Below, one piece after another: positions 21,678-33,730 of a stretch of DNA of 64,000 nt. Under the pieces are notes generated by a model. It was not told the origin of the DNA. It saw only the letters and a list, made by a program, of their open reading frames with translations, and did no database searches. Within the stretch, counting starts at the first letter, position 1; each line of letters starts with the position of its first letter. This DNA comes from Cladosporium halotolerans. Taxonomy: Eukaryota. The translations under genes were made by a program, and so were the position numbers. The DNA lies in contig NW_027191457.1 of the NCBI RefSeq assembly GCF_011745625.1, forward strand, positions 1 through 64,000. The letters run 5' to 3'.

Positions 21678-23894
21678 TCACTTCCCCTCTGCTCGTGCAA
21701 CAAGCCCCTCATCCAGCCCAACGATATCGAAGACGCCTCTGTCTCCCTTCCTTTGAGCCCACACGACGTCTCCCTTTAAGTATACGACGACGCCACCCTT
21801 TCCCGTTGCACTCGCTGTGATCCGGAAAAGTGGGAGTCCAGTGCTCTGATGCGCTTCTCGCAAAGGCACGAGTGTGAGGTCTTCTTCCGCGCACCACGAC
21901 TCGACAACGTCGCGGAAGTCGACTGCTTCTTGCACAGCAGGGGCTCTTGTTGGTGGAGCCGGCACGTTGAGCTTCTTCGCGGCTTCTTTTGCGATTGGGC
22001 GCGCAGGTCCAGCTGCTGGCGGGCGAAGAGTGGAAATATCTTTGCCCTCGTCAAGAAGGTCGAGAGCGGAATTGATCATCTCGCTGCCCTTCGCCCATTC
22101 TTTTTGCACGTCGGGCTGTGAGAAAATCGGTGCAGGAATCTGTTCACTCCACCATCTCACCCACTGACCAATCTCATCGAAGCTTGCACCTTCTGATGTG
22201 AGCCACAGATGTAAGGTGGACAGCCACTTCGGGAAGAATTCCGCAACAAAAAGCCGCGCTAGAATCTCGGGTTTGAGGAATGACTGCCACTTGAGAACAT
22301 CTTCCAGGGGAGTGAGGTCCTGGTCTGAGGGGTCGATTTCGAGGTTGGTAGAGAGATGCAGTGACAAGCGCGGAAGCAGGTGGCGCACGAACAGGTGATC
22401 CAGCTCGGTGGTCAAGAGGTTCCGCCATTCCTCCAAACCTGGGAGGATACCCGAAGACACGTCCCAACCATCGATGACATGCCTGATCTTGCGTTTCACA
22501 TCGGACATAAGGGAGTTCTGTGCTTTCGGGTCCAGTTGGTATGGTGGCAGATGCTGTAGCCAAGGGAAAAGATAGGCGTGAGGTTGCGTGTGCTTCAAGT
22601 TCGCATGTCTGTGATGATGGCTCCGTTTACGAGCATCCCAAGTTTGAAGAGCGGTCGCAAGTTTCGGTACAAGGAGCTGATCCGTGAGATTGCTGAAGAT
22701 GAACGTCGGCAGAAGAGGCCGCCAGGCGCTGATCAGCTTTGTAAGCGGCGCAGAATCCAGAACAGACCAATTTGTGATGGCTGTACGTATTTTCGGCAGC
22801 CAAAGTGTGTAGACCATCGTCTCGTAAGGAGACGTGGTTTTTTGACGTCTTGATTTCGTGTAAGGATTGCCCTGGTCGTGGATATCGCTCGCTTTGCTAA
22901 GGGAGTCGTGTGACTGTCCAAGAATCGTCTTTAGCTCGCCGAGCTCGGCCACCAACAGTTCTGGCTCTTCGAGCGGCTCCCAGCCATCCATCTTACGCTT
23001 GAAGAGCGGATGTAACGCTCCGACTGCGGCTTCCTGCAAGTCATACCGTTCAATGTCATGCTTGAATGTATTCTGCAAGTCCCTCAACTTCCCAATCATG
23101 ACTTCCCACGACGTCTCATCTTGCAGATCTCCGACCTTAAGCCCTTCCACGCCTTCCACTAGCTTAGCCATCCTCTCTAGGTCCTCTTTGTTTTGCTCGT
23201 CCTCGATCGCCAACCGCCCACCATGTTCTTCCATGTACACTCTTTGCTCTTGCAATCCATGCCAACTCTCAATGAATGCCTCCAGCTCTAATCTTTCCCT
23301 TCGCGCGATCTTCTCCGCTTCGGAGTCTTCCCTTCCTTCAGCGCCGGTAGGGGTCATGAGCCCAGCAGCAGACGTCAAAAGCTTCGTCGCACCGCCCGTC
23401 GCATCTACGATGCTATCCAGCATCTTCGCCGGAACTTCGAGGCCAGGTGCAGCCGCAGCAACATCCGCCGCAGTGCGGTACTTGGTCTTCCTCTTGCCCA
23501 TCCCCGAACTCCCACCAGGGGTGCTTGTCCCACTAGCTGTCCCACTTCCAATCCCTCCTTGAGCCTTCTTTCTCCTTTCTCGCCTTTTCCTCTTCTCATC
23601 CTCACTACTATCTTCGTACTCCTCGCCTCTCTGCTCCGCCTTGCGCCTCTGCTCCTGCTTGTACTGTGCCGTGCGCTCGCTCACCGCGCCAACACCAGCG
23701 CCTTGCGGGCGCATCTTGACCTCGATCGGGTTCACAATTCCCTCGCCTTCGGCTCCGAGACCCTGGCCTTCCTTGTAGCCCATTTTGGCCATCATGCGCT
23801 GCGCGAACGACATCTTGCCTCCGGCCATTTTGGGCGCTTTGTGAGGGCCGTCGTTTTGATGAGCGGTTTTGCGCTTCATTCCTAGGCCCTCCAT
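21678..23894 (-). CDS. G-patch spliceosome disassembly factor (TFIP11/Spp382/Ntr1-like)
   Basis: G-patch SFAQRMMAKMGYKEGQGLGAEGEGIVNPI, followed by a GCFC-like region (FFPKWLSTLHLWL). Confidence 0.88.
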   Translation of the reverse strand: MEGLGMKRKTAHQNDGPHKAPKMAGGKMSFAQRMMAKMGYKEGQGLGAEGEGIVNPIEVKMRPQGAGVGAVSERTAQYKQEQRRKAEQRGEEYEDSSEDEKRKRRERRKKAQGGIGSGTASGTSTPGGSSGMGKRKTKYRTAADVAAAAPGLEVPAKMLDSIVDATGGATKLLTSAAGLMTPTGAEGREDSEAEKIARRERLELEAFIESWHGLQEQRVYMEEHGGRLAIEDEQNKEDLERMAKLVEGVEGLKVGDLQDETSWEVMIGKLRDLQNTFKHDIERYDLQEAAVGALHPLFKRKMDGWEPLEEPELLVAELGELKTILGQSHDSLSKASDIHDQGNPYTKSRRQKTTSPYETMVYTLWLPKIRTAITNWSVLDSAPLTKLISAWRPLLPTFIFSNLTDQLLVPKLATALQTWDARKRSHHHRHANLKHTQPHAYLFPWLQHLPPYQLDPKAQNSLMSDVKRKIRHVIDGWDVSSGILPGLEEWRNLLTTELDHLFVRHLLPRLSLHLSTNLEIDPSDQDLTPLEDVLKWQSFLKPEILARLFVAEFFPKWLSTLHLWLTSEGASFDEIGQWVRWWSEQIPAPIFSQPDVQKEWAKGSEMINSALDLLDEGKDISTLRPPAAGPARPIAKEAAKKLNVPAPPTRAPAVQEAVDFRDVVESWCAEEDLTLVPLREAHQSTGLPLFRITASATGKGGVVVYLKGDVVWAQRKGDRGVFDIVGLDEGLVARAEGK

Positions 23895-24264
23895 CTTGCG
23901 CTCGAGGCCGTGATATGGCCGGTGAGGGAGAGTATAAGTCGTGTGAGGAGTTGATCATGTAGTGGAAGTTGATCGCAATGTTTCGCTAGGTCAAGTTCGC
24001 GACGCGGCGGCGTTCCGCGCTTGCATGTGAAAGGCGACGGGCAAAGTTGAGGTGCCTGACGAAAGCACGAAGTCAGACTTCATGGGTTGTTTCTTACAAT
24101 AATGTTCATGGTTTGGCATGATACTTTGAAATTGTAGTAATGACTAGGACTGTGACTCATCCAAGTACACAAAGGGTATCTCTCTATTGCTTTTGCCCTA
24201 CGTGACGAGCTCTCCTCTCCCACTCGCAATGAAATGTGCATGTACAATCTATTATGGTATATTA

Positions 24265-25407
24265 CTACTGCGCCTTTGACTTGCCTCCCCGACCGCGTCG
24301 ACCGAGCCTGGCTTCCTCCTCCTGTGCCTTCTTCTGGCCCCACTGCCACTCCAAGAGTACTGGCAGGAAGTGCCAGAGATCAAATTCAGGCCAGAGGATA
24401 TCTAGGAATCGGAGTTCGGTCCCTTCGTGGCACTGCCAAAGCATGAAGTCGCTCAGCCGGCTGACGCCTGAAGTTCGAACAAGAAGATCCAGGGGCGGCG
24501 CATCGCATGTGTACATGTTCTTTGTAAGTGTTTCGGCCGTAATGGTTTCGGGGTCTGGCAGGTGAGCTTGTGACGTGGGTTTGAGGATTGGTGATGCATC
24601 GTGGGATGTGCGGCTTGAAGGCGTATCGTCCTGGCGATTCGTGCTGCTTGCCGAGTGGTCTTGATCCGAGAAGGCAGAGTCGACATCAGAGCCGGTGGCT
24701 GCGTCCTCCTTCGATGGTGCATTCAGAAGTTCCTGTGACCTGTCGTCTTCCTCAACGACGGAGTAGAGTTGCCTCGACCGAATGTTTTGCTGGATGTGAT
24801 TCTCGCTGAACATCTTCTTGGCTTTTTTCTTTTCTGGTGGATTGCTGTACTCTTTTACAGTCTCTCGAATGCTGTGTGTGATCTCCTCTCGACTGGTGTA
24901 AGGGAAGCACACGTTCAGGACTGCTTTTCCGTTGTCCTTGGTCATCTCGACCGCGCGGTCAACTTGCTTCAGGACATCCTCACGGATGAGGCTGCGATCG
25001 CCAAGGATCTTTACTTTTGCTCCATATCTTTCGAACAGTTCTCCATGCGCGCTCATTTGCACCAGCTTCGTCTTTGCCATGTCCATCAATGCATCGACTT
25101 CCCACCGGCTGCGCTTGAAGTTCTCGATGCTGAAAGCATAAATCGTCACACACTTGACACCGCTTTTGTAGCAGACTTCGAGGATTCGCGCAAGAGCTTC
25201 GAATCCGAGGTTGTGGCCCTCGACAGTCTCAAGTTTCCGGGAGCGAGCGTAACGTCGGTTGCCGTCCATTACGAAGGCAATGTGCTCTGGTATGGGCCCG
25301 CACTGCAGCGATCGGATGAGCAGATCGCGAAGGTATGTGACTGCGGTTTCTACAGGAGGGAGAGAAAGCACCCATCGGCGGAGGTGAGTGCCATAATCGG
25401 CTGACAT
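24265..25407 (-). CDS. RER2: cis-prenyltransferase (dehydrodolichyl diphosphate synthase subunit, Rer2/Srt1-like)
   Basis: Motifs PEHIAFVMDGNRRYA, YAFSIENFKR and DLLVRTSGVSRLSDFMLWQ. Start placed at the ATG of MSADYG. Confidence 0.92.
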   Translation of the reverse strand: MSADYGTHLRRWVLSLPPVETAVTYLRDLLIRSLQCGPIPEHIAFVMDGNRRYARSRKLETVEGHNLGFEALARILEVCYKSGVKCVTIYAFSIENFKRSRWEVDALMDMAKTKLVQMSAHGELFERYGAKVKILGDRSLIREDVLKQVDRAVEMTKDNGKAVLNVCFPYTSREEITHSIRETVKEYSNPPEKKKAKKMFSENHIQQNIRSRQLYSVVEEDDRSQELLNAPSKEDAATGSDVDSAFSDQDHSASSTNRQDDTPSSRTSHDASPILKPTSQAHLPDPETITAETLTKNMYTCDAPPLDLLVRTSGVSRLSDFMLWQCHEGTELRFLDILWPEFDLWHFLPVLLEWQWGQKKAQEEEARLGRRGRGGKSKAQ

Positions 25408-26035
25408 GACGGCGTAGGTCTGTTGAATGGTAGGGCTGGGAGAGCGGGTGGGACAGGTCGAAGCTCGGTTGAATGCGTTGCAGGCGGTATTAATGGCGGT
25501 CGAAGAGCTCAAGTAGGTGTCGTGGGAAATAGATAGATTTGACGCCGCCTCAATGGCCTCGTGTACCGTAGAGGCTTTGCTGCGATGCTGCCTGCTGTTC
25601 CAAGGCCTAGCACAGCCAACTCCAAGAAACGCTCAGCCTCCGGAAACGCGTTCAGATGTGACGCTCGCTGGGTCGCTTCGGTGCTGAACCCGAGCTACCC
25701 GCCGCGGCCGGCCAAGAGGTCCGAGCCCGACCCGATCTCGCGCGTTCCATCAGATAACAAGCCCGCATCACACCTCCGCCTCTTCACACTTCACCTTACA
25801 AATTCACCGTCCCGCTCTCTTCTCTTTTCTTCACACCTCCACCAGCGTGTCGCATAGCACTGCGTCCTGCGCTCACGCGCGCACGATCCACACACGCGCC
25901 GGTAGATCACAGCATGCCGCGTTGGCTCGTGACTACTGCATAGGCCTAGCTCAAAACTCACCATCAGGCAGCACACGCTGCTCGAGAGAACCCTCTACTT
26001 ACGCGGGTAGACACTCATAATACTTGGTGGCTCGG

Positions 26036-27978
26036 ATGGATTATGCTGAAGCGGATCAGCTGGTTCGCCAGCTCTCCACTGGCTTCGAGACGTTACATGA
26101 AGAATATAAGAAGCTTTTTGGTCGGCATGAGGCACTGGAGAGGAAGCTGGCCACAGCAAGAGATCAGGTAAGCCACGCACCTTCCTTTCCCCCTTGCACT
26201 TACCCTGATGAGCAAACATTAGCTCTAGAACTGCAGTCCCTCGTGGACGGAGACAGATAACCCTTTAGCAACCTCTGAAATCGCAACATCCCTCTCGCTG
26301 CAACTTGGCTATCTACAATGAGAAACCCTCACTAACATAGCACTTGCAGTACAATGAGCTCGCCAAACTCTATGGCGCCGGTTCCTCTTCCACACCTCCA
26401 CTAAGCCTCACGTCTTCTCCTGGTCGGAAGAAAGACAGTGCCGACGCCCTGCCATCAGTCAATGATATCCTGGCTAGTCGGAGTGATCACTCGTCACAAG
26501 ATGCTGCGAAATCAATCCGCTTAGCAACCTGTGCATCCCAGCGCCTCAAGCCTGGCCTTCCCAAACTTCCTGCTTCAACAGCGGAAGGTGTCAAGATCTG
26601 GTCGGGACCTTCCGCAGATGCCGTGCCTACTGGCAGTCAAAAGATGCCTTCAATATCCGAGTCTCCGATGGAGCAGGACTTCACCATCGAGGGCATGCCC
26701 AGCAATCTCGGCTGTCCGTTTGCTAGCATGTCCGGCAAAAAGCTCTCTTCCCACGCCGCAAGTGTTCTCAGCCGCTACAATCCCGGCGGAAGTGCCGGAG
26801 GCGCCCCGTCTTCCACGCCCTTAAGTTCTGTGAGTAGGGTCAACGGTAGAGAAAGTTTCAACAACCGGAGCCGCCGTGAAAGCGCCGTCGACCGCGAACG
26901 CCGTGCAAGTCATCGTGCTAGTTTCAACGACCCCATCAAAGCCGAGATATGCGGTATGTCGGATCACGACGCAGCTCCAACTGAGGCTCCGGTCGTTGCC
27001 AAATCCGCCGTCGAAACCCACGTTCAGTCGAACGCTGAACCAGGTGTCTGTCCCATCCGCTTTCTTGACCAGCACTCGCCAGAAGAGGTTGCGAAATACT
27101 TCGAGAATCACAAACATGATCTTCCGCGTAGTCACGAGGTTTGCGTCAAGCGCTACCAAAGCAACGAAATGCAAATCAAGGAATTGGACGCTAGGTATGG
27201 CAACCTTGTTTCAATGATCCAAGGTCTGGGAGCAAAGCACCAGCCTATGCTGCCTGCTGAGCCACCCGAAGGCGAGCTTGCCGCAGAAGAAGACAATTCC
27301 GGTCTCGATGCTAAGGATGCCGAAAAGGTCCGCAACTGGGCCAACAGTGTCTCTCCACAGCCTCAAGCAGAGGGGCAGTCAACTGCTGCTCAAGACGGTG
27401 ACGGCAACATGGCAGACGACGAAGGAGCTGATTCCGACGCCTGCGAAGACCGACAGCCGCGTTTCGCTCGCCCGCTTCGCGATATTCGTGTTGGAGAGTC
27501 CCCTTCGCGGCCATGGGGCATTCCAGTTCCCGTTAAGTACCTGGAGAAGGTCGAGGGAAACGTGAGCGAGGCGAGCAGCCAGCCAGCCCAAATCGCCAAT
27601 CCAGATGTGAGGACCGCTCCAGCCGGAGGTTTCGATACAATGCCAGGAGAAGTAAAACCCAACAGCAAGGGCAAATGCCCATTTGGTTTCGATCAAAGTG
27701 GGGCGACGAAGCCAGCAGCCACCGTCGCAACTGGTCAGACTGCGCCAGGGAGCAATACTGCCCAGCCTGCTGGGCATGGCGAGAAGGTGGTGCCGGGACT
27801 CACGTTCATCGCACCAGAGACTTCGAACAGCGCCGAGCAGAAGGCAGAGGCTTCGCCAGCAAACGCGACTGCACGACACAACCAGAGTCGCATGGTGTTC
27901 ACTGGCCCAGTTTTTATTGGGTACAGCGCCGAAGATGCAGCGAGGATATTGAAAGACAGCGGCCTAGGAAGGCCTTGA
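26036..27978 (+). CDS. Fungal hypothetical protein with N-terminal coiled coil and CP motifs; snoRNA host gene
   Basis: Exon 26036-26167, intron 26168-26349, then a long exon. Core CPIRFLDQHSPEEVAKYFENHKHDLPRSHEVCVKRYQ; C-terminal FTGPVFIGY. Confidence 0.8.
26201..26282 (+). ncRNA. Intronic box C/D snoRNA, predicted 18S rRNA 2'-O-methylation guide
   Basis: Box C TGATGA at 26206-26211; 13-nt ATTAGCTCTAGAA (26218-26230), the reverse complement of conserved 18S TTCTAGAGCTAAT; D'-like CTGC; box D CTGA at 26275-26278; all inside an enlarged 182-nt intron. Confidence 0.75.
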
Positions 27979-28147
27979 GATCAAACGATTTTACGACAGC
28001 GCCCACAATTCTAATTATAATTACATGCCGCTTTTTAATCCCTGTGCTTCTTTTTTGAAAAGTCGCATTGATATTAATGATATTACAAAGCAGCTGTGGA
28101 GGATTTCAAGGCAGGCCACACTTGACAACAGTCGTCGCAATGGATCC

Positions 28148-29739
28148 TCATACTCCTACAGGAGCAAGCTCTTGAAGCTGTGCCTTGATGTTCTCGCAAA
28201 CCTCCTGGACGAATGCACTCTCTGGACCTTCACGCAAATCTAATACGCCGAGCTGCCAGGTGACGGTCATGACCAGCGGACCGCCTTTCGTGGACACCAA
28301 GTTGAAGTTCAAAAGAGCTCCGGCGGCATTGGCAGGCTGGGAGAAGATGGTCTTCTCGATCGCGATCGAGTTTTCGCCCGAGGGCTCAGGCTGCTCACTA
28401 CCCTTGGGATCGAACACTACGAGGTTGCTAATCTCGTACGAGGTTTCACGCTTCTTTCCAATCTGCTCCAGAGTCCAGGGCCTGAATGCGTTCAGATACT
28501 GCAGCAAGCCGATTGGCTGATTGTGCAGAGTCCCGGCAGTGTCGGCTAGGCCTGCACTGGTTTTGCGGGCAGCTGACCAGAATGGCGAAGAAGGGTTCGT
28601 CGCCCAGTCTGACTGTTGGGTGAGTTCTTGACTTGCAACGGTCTCGTTGTATGCTGTAACGCAGTTGGTCATGCTGTCGTCATTGAAGATGCCACCGAAT
28701 AGGTGGCGCATGTCGACTACGATCTGAGACGCAAAACCATTGGCGGATGAGGACGCGCCAAGGGCTGCACTCAGAGATCGAGCAATTATGTGATTGAAGA
28801 CGCCGGTGAATGTTGCTTGCCGGGCTTTGCAGTTTTGGAGTACTCGGCGCATCGTACCGTGGTCAATAGTGCGCAGCACCAATCCCGTGCGAAAGTTGTC
28901 TGCGTCAAAAGTGAGATCGTGGCCTCGCCAGATAGCGTCGTCTTGAGTGGTATAAGACGCCCGGAAACCGAACATCCTTGCAAGGAAGCTGGGCAAGTAG
29001 GCCCCGAGTAAAGGCGACAGCAGGAAAGACCATGACAAGGAAAGCTTCCCTGCTTGCTCGATTGGCGGCAGCAGTGCGGTTTCGGGTGCCTCACACGAAA
29101 ATTTGGTAGGCACGTTGTCCTCTGAGGGCGACATGTTCAGGCCTCGAAAAAAGGACCTGTGGAATGCAAGTCCACTTTTTCCATCGCCATGTGAATGGTA
29201 GTAAGCAAAGAGAGCCAAGAGCCTTGAGTTGCCAGAATCATTCTCCCGCGGCAATGGCATAAGCACGACCTTCCAGGGTGGGATTGAATCCACGGACGAG
29301 AATTTTTCATCGCTCACTTGAGCAAGAGCCTTTTCAATGGATACTTCTTCGGACGAATCAACAAACTCTCGGATCTCAATGTGCTTCTCTAGGTCCAGGA
29401 CCGTCGGTGTTGCAAATCCAGGTGCTTCGGTAGCACCGTCTGTGATTACAGTACTCAAAATTGGGTGCTCCTGCACGCAATTTTTAAGGGCTGTGACGAA
29501 GCGTACTTTTCCGTGCCGCAAATTGAGGATACTATCTGCTGCGCTCGATGTGTAGACGGCCCCCACTACCAGCATGCGTTGGTGCCCTACGTCCTGCCTG
29601 GTGATGCATCGGCGCTCGCTTGGGCCTGATCGCCGTCATCATCAGCAGCTACGATCAATGGATGCATAGTTTTGCTCGTACCCGCAAGTCGCCTCCTGGT
29701 CGCAAAGAGACTTTCAAAGAATCCACTGGATTGGGGCAT
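28148..29739 (-). CDS. Alcohol acetyltransferase (AATase) family protein
   Basis: HxxxD motif YYHSHGDGKSG; PPWKVV; SYEISNL; FSQP. Exon 1 MPQSSG...LAG and intron 29626-29681. Confidence 0.85.
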
Positions 29740-30162
29740 TCTGATAGTTGATCAATAAAAAGCTAGTCCAAGTGAGTAGAAGGAGTTCTCCACAGCAATT
29801 CTAGAAGTTGATGTTATAGCTGCTGCCTGATGCTCTAACCGAGTCGTCCGTGCGCACGGCACTTTTCATTTTTAAGACGCTCTGGTAATTGCTGTTGAGG
29901 CAGCGTAAGCAGGAAGAGGAAGAGGGCATATCCGCTATTGCAAAAAAAGTTAGCTTGTCCCTTAGTTTGGTGTTTTACTTATGCAGATGCCGCAGGAAGG
30001 CAACGCTAGGCTGTAGTTGGGTTAGTGGCACCTTCCTCATGTCGCCTGGCACGCCCTTTAGAAGACAGACAGGTCCGAGTATACAAAACACTGTTTCTAC
30101 TGGATTTGCGTCTGCTTATGCCAAAACCTTCGCAGATGTGGTATGATTGAGTCTTCGACAAT

Positions 30163-31755
30163 ATGGGATCCAAGACACCTGAAGGGGACCATGAAGGCCC
30201 AAATGGTGAGACAAAACTCCATTCTATGCAGGCCTAACTCTTATCCGCTTCAGGCTCGTCCTCTTGCAGCACCATTGCTGACGTCAATCCTCCTAAATCC
30301 GCTTCAGCCAGTGGACTTCTTCCTGGAACGCTTGATGGAGAAGGTGAGAATGGCGATGACGATGAAGATGATGCTGCAGCCGCCATAAAGCTCGGTCATG
30401 AGCCCACCAACGGTAGGTCGTCGAAAGGCTCTTCCTCTATTCGAGTATGACTAACGGCTACTTTAGGCAAGAAGAAAAAGCGCAAGAACAACCAAAAGAA
30501 GAAGTCGAAAGCGTCCAAGGCGCACCAGGCTGTTCCTCCGCGGATCGAGCTCGACGATTTGTTCCAAGACCAGTGCTACCCAGAGGGTGAGCTGGTGCAA
30601 TACGCATGCAGCAATGGTAATCTGAGACGGACCACTGCGGAAGAACTTCGCCATCAAGCCGCTATGGAAAAGATGGACGGCGAGTTTCTGAACGACTACC
30701 GCAAGGCGGCCGAAACTCACCGACAAGTCCGCCACTACGTGCAGACAATCGCGAAGCCCGGTGTTTCCATGAGTACGTTGGCTGACGAGATTGAGGGCGG
30801 CGTTCGAGCTCTCGTTGGTCATCAGGGGATTGGGACTGGAGATGCTCTCAAAGCTGGAATGGGGTTCCCGACTGGTTTGGCCTTGAACAACGTGGCGGCT
30901 CACTGGACTCCCAATCCTGGAGCCAAAGAGGTCATACTCCAGTACGATGATGTTCTCAAGATCGACTTTGGAGTCCATGTCAACGGCAGGATTGTCGACA
31001 GTGCGTTCACCGTTGCTGCAAATCCGGTCTACGACAACCTGCTTGCGGCCGTAAAAGCTGCCACCAACGCTGGACTTCAAGTAAGCATTCCGACTTCGTC
31101 GATGTGTACTTATCTGACCGATTCCCTTTTAGGAAGCAGGTATCGATGCTCGAATCGACCACATAAGTGAAAGGATCCAGGAAACTATGGAGAGCTACGA
31201 GGTCGAGCTTAACGGAAAGACAATTCCCGTCAAAGCCATTCGTGGCCTCACTGGTCATGATATCCTGCGGTACAAGATTCATGGCGAGAAGCAGGTGCCA
31301 TTTGTCAAAACGAAGTCTAACCAACGCATGGAAGAGGGCGACGTGTTTGCCATTGAAACCTTTGGGAGCACAGGGAGAGGTCGCATTAGAGATGATGTCG
31401 GCGTCTACGGCTATGGCCGCAACGAGGGCATGACACCTTCCGGTGCCCTCTCGCGTCCTGCCAAGTCTCTGCTCAAGACGATCGATGACAACTTCGGTAC
31501 TCTGGTTTTCTCCAGACGTTACCTTGAGCATCTCGGTGTGAAGAACTATCATCTCGGCATGAAGTCACTTCTCTCAGAAGGCATCGTGGATTACTATGAG
31601 CCTCTAATCGACATTCCAGGCTCTTATGTCGCGCAGTTTGAACATGTGAGTGAATCCGACTCGAGCTAGTGGAAGTTTCTGGCGCTGACCTTCCTCAGAC
31701 TGTGCTCATCAAGCCCAATTGCAAGGAAGTAATTTCTCGAGGGGATGACTACTGA
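30163..31755 (+). CDS. MAP2: Methionine aminopeptidase 2
   Basis: Motifs [17 protein letters not shown]...[34 protein letters not shown] and YVAQFEH; terminal exon [18 protein letters not shown]; four introns. Confidence 0.93.
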
Positions 31756-32306
31756 ACAAGCAAAGGCACCTGTGCCTAATTCTGTTGTGGTTCTCGCAAA
31801 TTTGATTTTTGTACTCTCTCTACAAAGCTGCAACAGCGGCAGAGAATGCGATCAAAAGCATCTCAACATGCTATCGGCGTTGACGAAGCTCCTCTACTGA
31901 CTCAATACAATCTTTCAAATCATACTTCGATTTCTTGACAACTCCGTAAATATTCCGATAGCTGTATGCCATGGTAAAGAGGCACGTAGGCTCGCCAAGG
32001 ATCTTCAAGTTGGAATGCGGCGACGGACATTTTCCAAACATACACCTTTCGGGCGCTTATATGAGGCTCAAGGGCGGCCATGTTCTCCCATTGAATTGTG
32101 TGGAGAGGACTTCACCATGGCTGCCTAGAATGTTAATGCGCTACGCGGTGATGAGGCTTACGACGCGGCCCCGCCAAGTAGGACTAGGCACACAGTGATG
32201 TTACATTCAACAGACACATAAGAAGCACATCACACTCGGTTCCTTGAGTGATCGAACCAGACAACCCGAAGCTCACTTTTCCCAATACCCACAGCTCGCC
32301 CCCGCC

Positions 32307-33320
32307 ATGGCCGACGAAAGACAACCTATGTCGCTGCAACAATTGCTCGACGAACCGAAGGGCAAGACAAAATACTTCGCTGACCAGGCGTTCATGCTCC
32401 ATGTATTCTGGGAAGCACCGGATATGGAGAGTGCTAAGAAAATTATCTCTGCGCTCCAACAATGCGCAGTTGCGACTCATCGCGACACACCCTGTGTTCC
32501 CACCTATCATTTCCGCGTCTCTCAACTCGAGGCAGATGTGGTCAGTCCGCAGCCTGTGACAGCCGGCGAGCACCCACAGCTGTGCGAAGCACACAGAAAG
32601 CTACGGATGGGCGTCCCTAGAGCTGCTGTCGAGGCCGATCTGGCTAGGAGATCCATCGATCCTGCACTACTGGATCTTGATATCAGCGACGCGCTACCGG
32701 CGCAGATGCAACTCAAACCAGTCATGATCGAATGCACAGAGATCTATCTGGACGAGAGATCCTTTTTCGAACACGCCGGGTCTAAAGATTACCTCAAAGC
32801 CTACGGCGAAGTTATGACGCCCGGGTTGAGTAACAAGGCCACGACAGTCCGTCTCGGAAGCCCGACAGCCTACATCATTGACAAAATCCTGGCCCCGATG
32901 CTGAAGGAAGATGTGAAGCCGCTGCAAGGAGACTGCGCGGTTTGGCGCCCGAATGGGGTCTTTCAGCCATCAAGCGCGTTGATGTTGTCGATCAACGCAG
33001 TCGGAACCGTGGATAGCGTCCTGTCAGCATTTCCCGTTGGACTGAGCTCGATTACTACGACCTTTGTTGCGTTCAACCACCCACTTCGTGAAGGAGTGGT
33101 ACGCATCATTTGTGTTTTACCACAAGTTCCAGACGACGCGGTGTTGGGAGGCTTGGGTGCCCTGAATGTTAAGGGGGCGGAAGTGCATTGTGAGGAAACG
33201 GACCAAGAAATTATAGTCGAATCCCTTCGCCGAGCTTTGCCAGACTTGGCCTGCGGTGTTAACTCATTACACTCCGGGTACGTTTTACATGATAAAGCCG
33301 CCCAGCTAGGATTGGAGTAA
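32307..33320 (+). CDS. Hypothetical protein, possible dimeric alpha-beta barrel (ABM-like) N-terminal domain
   Basis: Intronless ORF of about 337 aa. THRDTPCVPTYHF and CTEIYLDERSFFEHAGS resemble the ABM 'E-x-Y...AxxxH' pattern. Confidence 0.7.
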   Translation: MADERQPMSLQQLLDEPKGKTKYFADQAFMLHVFWEAPDMESAKKIISALQQCAVATHRDTPCVPTYHFRVSQLEADVVSPQPVTAGEHPQLCEAHRKLRMGVPRAAVEADLARRSIDPALLDLDISDALPAQMQLKPVMIECTEIYLDERSFFEHAGSKDYLKAYGEVMTPGLSNKATTVRLGSPTAYIIDKILAPMLKEDVKPLQGDCAVWRPNGVFQPSSALMLSINAVGTVDSVLSAFPVGLSSITTTFVAFNHPLREGVVRIICVLPQVPDDAVLGGLGALNVKGAEVHCEETDQEIIVESLRRALPDLACGVNSLHSGYVLHDKAAQLGLE

Positions 33321-33730
33321 GACAAAAATTTGTTGCTAGACCATCATAGAAATTACACGCCTGGAATATATTAAATTGATGTTAATTTCTGCATTTTCTC
33401 GAAGTGTAATAGCCTACCCTCCCACATAGAGCCTTTGTCCTGGCAGGTTTTACAGATGCGGCGGTAGAGCACCTCACTCCATGATCACTGAAACTGACAC
33501 AAAGACGATTCGTGAAATATCATTCGCGTGAAAAACAAAGCTGGGGTATATGAAAGTCTCGTTATGTGTCCTCGAATTCCATCAGCTTTTATGACTTTTT
33601 TGTCTCGCTAGAGAAAACGCTAACCGAGAAAGGACACACCCAGAGGCCTTTTCCATCCAAGGAACGCCTCTGGAAATGCTCATCCCAACGCGCGAGCATG
33701 GTATACAGAGAAGACTGGAAAGACCTAGGT

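Noticed and set aside
28148..33320. MetAP2 as self-resistance gene of a fumagillin-like biosynthetic cluster
   Set aside because: No PKS, terpene cyclase or P450 in the window, and multiple MetAP2 paralogues are common in filamentous fungi.
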